Assembly: GCA_037142195.1 (NCBI GenBank)
Contig: JBAXBA010000092.1
Span: 1-13,380, forward strand
Source of the DNA: Pseudomonadota bacterium
GTDB taxonomy: Bacteria; Bdellovibrionota_B; Oligoflexia; Oligoflexales; CAIMVM01
Reading direction: 5' to 3'
Length of the DNA: 13,380 bases
A program made the translations under genes and the position numbers. Shown piece by piece: positions 7,308 through 13,380 of this stretch; the first letter of the stretch is position 1, and each line of letters begins with the position of its first letter. The notes beneath the pieces are model-generated. The model was not told the origin of the DNA and made no database searches. It saw nothing but the letters and a program-made list of their open reading frames with translations.

Positions 7308-8336
7308 TTATCTAGGGGTAGGATAGGGGTAAAGATTAGGACCTGGCGCAGTAGCGTCGCACCTTTCGTCCAAATGGGATTCCTCAAAACTTCGTTTACT
7401 GGCGAGTTGGGCTACTCCGAGCACCTTTGAAAAATCAGGTGCCATAAACTGTACTGTGTTAGTAAACGATTCCTCAACCAGATCGACTCTAGTGACTTCA
7501 GTGCCCTGAGCCTCATAGGGAACTTGTTCGCACTTGCCTTGTTTGGCTTGGGGATCATATGTACAGTGCTGAACATAAAAGATTCTGGTACAAGTCTCTC
7601 TTTTTCTATCTACGCCTTCTGTGACTTTGCGGATGGTTTTTCCTCTTTTAAAGCGCAGGGCTGCGGGCTGCTTGGTATATTTAAATTCGACATCGTACTG
7701 CCTTTCAGAAAGTAGTCTGTCAAAATCTCGGTATTTAACGCCCAAATGGGAAATAGCCGTTTGTCCCGAAGTAAGACGGTTATTAACAATGAGCCAACCA
7801 TGTCCTTCGTTTGCGAAGCTAATGCCGTTGATCATGGTTCCAGAAAATGCCTCCGGGTCCAAATCGGTCGATGTATCGCCCAAGAAAGAGTCTGATGTGA
7901 GACCAAGAGCTTTCCCAAGGAGCTTGATATAGTCCGCAAATTCCGTGCAAATGGGGGTGGAAGAAACGACCTGCTTTTCCTCTACAGTTAGCTCTGTATT
8001 TCCGTCTGTATCTATTCTAGATACGAGCCGACTTAGGTCGATTTTCAAAGAAAGGCGAGCTATAAGTTCATCGAATGTCAATTCGTTTTCGGGGCGGCAT
8101 AGTTTTTGGTTGCCTTTCATGCCAAGTTTTTTTCCTAAGGACAGCCAATCGTTTTCATAGATCGGTGTTGGTCTAGGTGTCAACTGACCTTCTCAAATTT
8201 TAATTTCAGATCCATTTTCCGCTTTTAAACTAAATACCTCAAAAGCTTTAAAACCGACAAACGTGGTTTCTGATGAGCCCGCCCAAGCGGAAGAACTCGC
8301 ACCAAGACACAAAAACAAATGAGCTAAACGTTTCAT
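7308..8336 (-). pseudogene. Secreted Cys-containing protein with an EF-hand-like loop (342 codons), interrupted by an in-frame TGA at 8195..8193
   Basis: Signal peptide MKRLAHLFLCLGASSSAWA from ATG 8336. The frame reads SEIKI-TGA-EGQLTPRPTPIY, joining the 62-aa and 291-aa ORFs of the track with no frameshift. Confidence 0.78.
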
Positions 8337-8381
8337 GAATACCCTAGAGTTCAAATTGATTTGAGCGAACCGGATGTTCAA

Positions 8382-8398
8382 TGCAAGAGAAATGCCAG
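8382..8398 (-). promoter_or_regulatory. Putative sigma54 (RpoN) promoter
   Basis: CTGGCATTTCTCTTGCA fits YTGGCA-N6-TTGCA with exact GG-N10-GC spacing, about 45 nt upstream of ATG 8336. Confidence 0.72.
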
Positions 8399-8772
8399 AT
8401 ATAGATAGGCTCTATAAGACTAGAAGTTAGCCAAAATGACTTATATGAGCATAACAAATTTAGGCATTGGTACCATTGTGTTGACTTCTGGTTTAAAAAT
8501 GAGAGCAATCCAAAACTTATTGCCTTGGGATGGGGTGTGAGCAAGCATCTGGCATTTCCTAGGAGTTCATCGTTCTAGAAAATAAGCAGACAGCAAAAGA
8601 GTCTTTGCATGCTGCACTAATTGGAATTGAGTTAAACTTCCCAGTCCTTGCAAATCTCCCTTGCAACGAATCCAGACAGTTTAAACTCCAACAAACGAAT
8701 TTTCGGCTAAAATGAAAATATTGATATGATTTGGCGCCCTTTGACAGATCACAGCCCCCTTCCTGGGCATAT

Positions 8773-8804
8773 AAAAAAGCCCCTACGCTGGAGTGCGTAA
8801 GGGC
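8773..8804 (-). terminator. Rho-independent terminator of rpsA
   Basis: GCCCTTACGC-actcca-GCGTAGGGGC stem (one G-U pair) followed by TTTTTT, about 20 nt after the stop. Confidence 0.9.
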
Positions 8805-8825
8805 CTTCTAAATAACTCAAAAAAT

Positions 8826-10577
8826 CTAGGTTCGGTCTTTTTCAGCGCGAGAGAAAGCTTCAGCTAACGCAGACGTTGGCTTTGCCTTATCAGCGTAGTC
8901 TTTTAGCGATTTCTCGTCGAGACCCTGATCAAGTGCCTTCTTCGATAGCGCGAACTTTCTTTCTTCAGTATCACAAAGAAGGATTAAAAACTGAACTGTG
9001 TCGCCTTCTTTGACAACGTCTGAAGGTTTTGCTGAACTATTTGTGGAGAGTTCAGAGGCTTGAATCATGCCTTCGATGCCTTCGGCTATTTTGATAAATG
9101 CACCTAGCTCGTTAACTTTTGTAACAACACCTTCAGCTTTTGTTCCTGGGCGCAATTTTTCAGCGGCAGCCATGAAGGGGTCATCGGTCAGTTGCTTGAT
9201 TCCAAGTGAGAACTTCTCGCCTTCGATGTCGATGGCTAGAATTTTTGCTTCTACATCGTCACCTTTTTTGAATACGTCAGCTGGGTGCTTGATGCGATCT
9301 GTCCAGCTAATGTCAGAAATATGAATAAGGCCATCAATTCCTTCTTCTACGCCGATAAAGACGCCGAAGTCGGTGATGTTTCTGATTTTTCCTCTAATGA
9401 CGTCACCCACATGGTATTTTTCAAGGATGATTTCCCAAGGGTTTGGTTCCATTTGCTTCATGCCTAGGCTGATGCGGCGTTGTTCTTGATCGATAGCAAG
9501 AACCACAACTTCTACTTCATCACCAATGGAAACCACTTTAGAAGGATGACGAACGCGCTTAGACCAGCTCATTTCGGAGATATGGATAAGGCCTTCGATG
9601 CCATCTTCTAATTCCACAAATGCACCGTAGTCAGTTAGGCTCACAATGGCGCCTTTAGTTTTAGAGCCAACTTCAAATTTTGCAGCAACGCGATTCCAAG
9701 GATCGTCAAGAAGTTGCTTGAAGCCAAGAGAAACGCGCTGTCTTCCTTCGTCAAAAGAAAGAACTTTAACGTCAATTTCTTGACCTACTTCAAACAATTG
9801 ACTTGGATGCGTGATGCGTCCCCAAGACATATCAGTAATGTGAAGAAGACCGTCAATGCCGCCTAGGTCCACAAATGCGCCGTAGTCGGTAATGTTTTTA
9901 ATAATACCTTTGAGTGCTGCGCCTTCTTGTAGGCTTTGGAGAGTTTCACCGCGAAGTTTTTCACGATCTTGCTCAAGAAGAACTCGGCGAGAAAGAACGA
10001 TGTTGCCGCGTTTTTTGTTAAATTTAATGATTTTGAACGGGAATCTTTGTCCAATAAGTTTGTCTAGATTTCTGACTGGGCGAAGATCAACTTGTGAGCC
10101 TGGAAGGAATGCTTTTACGCCGATATCAACGGAAAGACCGCCTTTAACGCGTGACATGATAAGTCCATCAACGATTTCATTGTTTTCAAAGGCATCAGAA
10201 ATTCGGTCCCAAGCGCGAAGAAGCTCAGCGCGCTCACGAGAAAGAACCATCTCACCATCATTATCTTCAAAGCAATCTAAGTAGACTTCTACTTCGTCGC
10301 CCACTTTGATTGTCACTTTGCCTTCTGGAGATCTAAATTCAGAAACGGGGATTTCACCGTCTACTTTGTGCCCAATATCAACCGCTACGGAATCATCAGA
10401 AATTCTAACAATTCGGCCTTTGACAATTTGACCTTCGCGAACACCGGTTTCGCCCGAAGTTTGTTCTAACAGCTTTTGAAAGTCGACCGACTTAGCAACG
10501 GTATCAAAACCCGTGTCTTCATCTTCCCAGCGGATATTGCCCATGCCAGTAATCGTCGATTCAGTAGAAAGGCTCAT
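8826..10577 (-). CDS. rpsA: 30S ribosomal protein S1
   Basis: Tandem S1 domains (AFLPGSQVD, NITDYGAFVDLGGIDGLLHITDMSW, DGIEGLIHISEMSW, NITDFGVFIG); 583 aa; SD GGAG. Confidence 0.98.
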   Translation of the reverse strand: MSLSTESTITGMGNIRWEDEDTGFDTVAKSVDFQKLLEQTSGETGVREGQIVKGRIVRISDDSVAVDIGHKVDGEIPVSEFRSPEGKVTIKVGDEVEVYLDCFEDNDGEMVLSRERAELLRAWDRISDAFENNEIVDGLIMSRVKGGLSVDIGVKAFLPGSQVDLRPVRNLDKLIGQRFPFKIIKFNKKRGNIVLSRRVLLEQDREKLRGETLQSLQEGAALKGIIKNITDYGAFVDLGGIDGLLHITDMSWGRITHPSQLFEVGQEIDVKVLSFDEGRQRVSLGFKQLLDDPWNRVAAKFEVGSKTKGAIVSLTDYGAFVELEDGIEGLIHISEMSWSKRVRHPSKVVSIGDEVEVVVLAIDQEQRRISLGMKQMEPNPWEIILEKYHVGDVIRGKIRNITDFGVFIGVEEGIDGLIHISDISWTDRIKHPADVFKKGDDVEAKILAIDIEGEKFSLGIKQLTDDPFMAAAEKLRPGTKAEGVVTKVNELGAFIKIAEGIEGMIQASELSTNSSAKPSDVVKEGDTVQFLILLCDTEERKFALSKKALDQGLDEKSLKDYADKAKPTSALAEAFSRAEKDRT

Positions 10578-10860
10578 CTAGATCTCCATGCCCCAAAATA
10601 AAAAAGGTTTAAAATTCAGAGTTTTCTGCGTTTCCTAGGTTTGGGGCGACAAGGAATACGTAAAAGACCCTATAATGATTGGGCTTTGGAATATCATGGG
10701 ATTATTTTTGAGGCAATATAAATCTCAAGTCTCTAGGCGGCAGGTTTTGCTGTGGGAGGCAATGGCCGACTTCTGAGATAATGAATGGGGCGGCAGTTTG
10801 GGGGGTATTTCCAATCGGCATGGGACATTAGAGGCGAACAGACAAGGGTAGGGGAGGTTT

Positions 10861-11694
10861 ATGCTTGGGGTAAAATGGCTGGCAACTGCTGGCTTGGTTT
10901 TAAATTCTCTTCTCGGCGTGGCCCGAGGAGAGGAGTGTATTCCCTTTAATCCTGGAACGTTACCAAGTAAACCTGAGGATGTTTATAAAGCAGATCCCTT
11001 TAAAGAAGGCGAACTTCAGACATTTGACATTAGCTACATGGGTATTTTTGTCGGCTGGGCCAAGCTGGGGGTCGAAAAGCCGGTTAAATTTCACGACAAA
11101 TGGCATCAAGTATTTTCAGGGGCTGCTAACACTTCTCCGTCCTATGAATCACTGTTTGTGGGCAGGGATAGCCTCAAGGCTTACTCGCTCCCCGGAAGTT
11201 TTGCGGTCTCCAAATTTAAGATGGAACAGTACGAACATAAAATCCTTTCGAAGGCTTTTATTTCTTCGAAGTGGATTGAATATGATCAAACTTCGTGTTT
11301 AGCCAAAGAAACCGTCATTCTCCAGGGTGAAGATCCAAAACGGAAAGAAGTGCGATTAGAACCTGGCGCTAATGATGTGGTGAGCGCATTTTACAATATT
11401 CGAAGTAAGTCGCTTAATGTGGGAGATGTCCATAAAATCCTAATTTATACGTCTGAAAAAAATTGGTTTGCTGAGGCGAGTATCCTATCTCATGAGAAAA
11501 TTAAAGTGCCAAGTGGAGAGTATGACACGGCAAAAATTAAGCTCAAAACATATCTTGGAAAAGAACTGCAGCAAAGAGGCGATCTGTATATGTGGCTAGG
11601 TCTCGGTCCAGATAGACCGGTGGTCAAAATTGAAGGTGAAATCAAAATTGGCAAAGTCAAATTCGAACTCGCAAAATATGATAGAGGCAAATGA
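10861..11694 (+). CDS. DUF3108 family exported beta-rich protein
   Basis: Signal peptide; strong SD GGGGAGG; motifs PFKEGELQTFDISYMGIFVG, DVVSAFYNIR, EKIKVPSGEYDTAKI and LYMWLG...PVVKIE. Confidence 0.82.
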   Translation: MLGVKWLATAGLVLNSLLGVARGEECIPFNPGTLPSKPEDVYKADPFKEGELQTFDISYMGIFVGWAKLGVEKPVKFHDKWHQVFSGAANTSPSYESLFVGRDSLKAYSLPGSFAVSKFKMEQYEHKILSKAFISSKWIEYDQTSCLAKETVILQGEDPKRKEVRLEPGANDVVSAFYNIRSKSLNVGDVHKILIYTSEKNWFAEASILSHEKIKVPSGEYDTAKIKLKTYLGKELQQRGDLYMWLGLGPDRPVVKIEGEIKIGKVKFELAKYDRGK

Positions 11695-11993
11695 CATCTA
11701 TGATGTTAGGGCTTAGCACACTATTTCGCGGCATCAAATTTTAACTACTAGAGGCGCTAGCATTACAGTCCTAATTCTTGTCGAATTCGCGTTAGATGTA
11801 AAAAATCAGAGACTATCTCCAAGAAATTTCCTTTAGATGATGGTTACTTTTTGAGGAGCTGGGGAATGGGCCTAAAGCGCACCAACTGGCTAGCCGCAGT
11901 TCAAAAAGAAAAAAAGAACGTAAACCTATATTATCACAAGAGAAAAACGTGAGATCCAAGAAAGGTTTGCGAAGAATCCAAATTTATGTCACT

Positions 11994-12026
11994 ATACTTA
12001 CAAAAATACAGGGGTTTTGTAAGTAT
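11994..12026. repeat. Perfect 12-bp inverted repeat, operator-like
   Basis: ATACTTACAAAA (11994..12005), 9-nt spacer, TTTTGTAAGTAT (12015..12026). Overlaps a TATACT -10-like box and the ATG. Confidence 0.8.
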
Positions 12027-13191
12027 GATTACAAGAATTCTTAACATACCGCAAAAATTAGATTTTTTCTTGTTCGGGCCTCGTTCAACTGGGAAAACGA
12101 CTCTCCTTAAGCAGAGCTTGAGCACTTCGGATACGGCTACATTCGATCTTTTGCTTCCGCACTTACACGAGCAGTTTTTGGAGTCACCCCATGCTTTTAG
12201 ACAGGCCCTCGAAGGACTTCCTGCAACAACTAAAAATGTGATTATCGATGAAATCCAGCGAATTCCTGCTTTGCTAGATATTGTTCAGGAGTTTATTCAA
12301 AAAGAGAGGTTTCGTTTTGCTCTCACAGGCTCGAGTGCTCGTAAGTTAAAACGCGGTCATGCCAATCTTCTGGGTGGTAGAGCTGTGACCCGCCATCTAG
12401 GTCCGCTTAGTTTCTTTGAAATTCCGTATTCACCTCAAATTTTTGAAACGAAACTGATGTGGGGTGGACTGCCAAAAGTATATTTAGCCGACAATAATAT
12501 CGATCGAGCCGATTTACTCAGAACCTACGTGCAAACCTATCTCGCTGAGGAAGTCGTGGCCGAACAACTGGTTAGACGTCTCACTCCGTTCAGAAAGTTC
12601 TTGCAAGTTGCGGCTCAAATGAACGGCAAAATCATCAACACCAACGCCATTGGCACTGATATTGGAACGAGCCACAATACGGTACGCACGTATTTTGAAA
12701 TTCTTGAAGACACACTCATTGGTTTTTCATTGCCGCCATATCATAGTTCAGTTCGTAAACGGGCTCGGGCTAAAAACAAATTCTACCTTTTCGATACGGG
12801 AGTTTGCCGTGCGCTAGCCAGAAAACTAGATCACACACCTCAGCCCGGCACTGCTTACTACGGCGAGATTTTCGAGCATCTGATGATTTCTGAGATGAGA
12901 ACTCTTTTATCCTGTCTCAAACCAGACTGGGAGCTTTACTACTACCAAACTATTTCTGGCAATGAAGTCGATCTGATTATTGACACGGGCGTGGGGGCGC
13001 CAATAGCTATCGAGATTAAATCAACAGAGGACATCTCTCGGGTAAAACTCACCCCTGAAATCGCACTTTTGGAAGAACTCGAAGCTTCAAAACGTCTCGT
13101 GCTTAGCCAAGACCCCGTCACCAAAAAAATCTCCAAAAATGTAATCGCTATGCACTGGCGTGCAGGTTTGGATGAGATATTTCTAGGATGA
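12025..13191 (+). CDS. AAA_14 ATPase with C-terminal DUF4143 (PD-(D/E)xK-like) domain
   Basis: Walker A GPRSTGKT, Walker B VIIDEIQ, LTGSSA, GGLP, KFYLFDTG and EVDLII...AIEIK. Start moved to ATG 12025 (MITRIL), with AGGGG upstream. Confidence 0.9.
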   Translation: MITRILNIPQKLDFFLFGPRSTGKTTLLKQSLSTSDTATFDLLLPHLHEQFLESPHAFRQALEGLPATTKNVIIDEIQRIPALLDIVQEFIQKERFRFALTGSSARKLKRGHANLLGGRAVTRHLGPLSFFEIPYSPQIFETKLMWGGLPKVYLADNNIDRADLLRTYVQTYLAEEVVAEQLVRRLTPFRKFLQVAAQMNGKIINTNAIGTDIGTSHNTVRTYFEILEDTLIGFSLPPYHSSVRKRARAKNKFYLFDTGVCRALARKLDHTPQPGTAYYGEIFEHLMISEMRTLLSCLKPDWELYYYQTISGNEVDLIIDTGVGAPIAIEIKSTEDISRVKLTPEIALLEELEASKRLVLSQDPVTKKISKNVIAMHWRAGLDEIFLG

Positions 13192-13380
13192 TATGTAGTT
13201 TGCTATATGAATGAAAGATCCTAATGATTTGGCAGACATTCCCAAAACTGCTTTATCCTCAGATAGGTCACCATACCCTCAAAGGCTATTTGTTTTATGG
13301 CTACTACAGCCTCGTCTGTAGACCCCTAGTACTCCGGCAATTAAGTTTTTCCGGATATTGAATCGGGCAAGACAGAGTAA

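Noticed and set aside
7524..8160. Short ORFs at 7524, 7610, 7621 and 7945
   Set aside because: They are shadows of the 7308..8336 frame.
6647..8195. Genome-wide stop-codon reassignment explaining the in-frame TAG and TGA
   Set aside because: TAG ends rpsA just before its terminator and also ends DUF2442. TGA ends the DUF3108 and DUF4143 genes at natural C-termini. The core genes have no internal stops.
8175..8195. Selenocysteine at the TGA with a SECIS hairpin
   Set aside because: The hairpin is weak and its loop is only about 8-11 nt from the UGA, closer than in typical bacterial SECIS elements. There is no redox (CxxU-like) context.
8344..8544. 66-aa ORF, and the TTG 8381 start of the 62-aa ORF
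   Set aside because: Both overlap or abut the sigma54 promoter and have no recognisable motifs. ATG 8336 gives a clean signal peptide.
9067..10284. Antisense and alternate-frame ORFs within rpsA (9067, 9285, 9863, 9892)
   Set aside because: They are shadow frames of a conserved gene.
10710..10796. Repeated 8-mers GAGGCAAT and GGCGGCAG between rpsA and the DUF3108 gene as a tandem repeat or CRISPR remnant
   Set aside because: There are only two copies of each, with unequal periods (46 and 53 nt) and no spacer structure.
10979..13136. Short ORFs at 10979, 11490, 11934 and 12942
   Set aside because: They lie within or antisense to the DUF3108 and DUF4143 genes and have no independent support.
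13192..13380. Partial gene or terminator at the right edge
   Set aside because: No recognisable reading frame, and only a 6-bp inverted repeat (13304..13321) without a U-tract.

Overview
Bacterial chromosomal window of moderate GC. Gene content (GYF-PilZ protein, DUF3108, HEAT-like and Cys-rich exported proteins) suggests Bdellovibrionota or a related deltaproteobacteria-like lineage; this is an inference. Left to right: tRNA-Arg(UCU) and an exported HEAT-like gene (-); a sigma28-type promoter ahead of a GYF_2-PilZ gene and a 403-aa unknown gene (+); a minus-strand operon of lapA-like, rsmB, a PLD-fold protein lacking the HKD motif, and a lipoprotein; a ~2.9-kb accessory-looking block; rpsA with terminator (-); a DUF3108 gene (+); and an AAA_14/DUF4143 ATPase (+) whose start lies in a perfect 12-bp inverted repeat. 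The accessory block holds a DUF4160/DUF2442 toxin-antitoxin pair whose toxin has one in-frame TAG, a sigma54-preceded secreted EF-hand-like protein with one in-frame TGA, and an orphan sigma54-like promoter pointing at a perfect 15-bp hairpin (candidate sRNA). No CRISPR array, transposase or integrase is seen. All family calls come from motif recognition by eye, not database searches.
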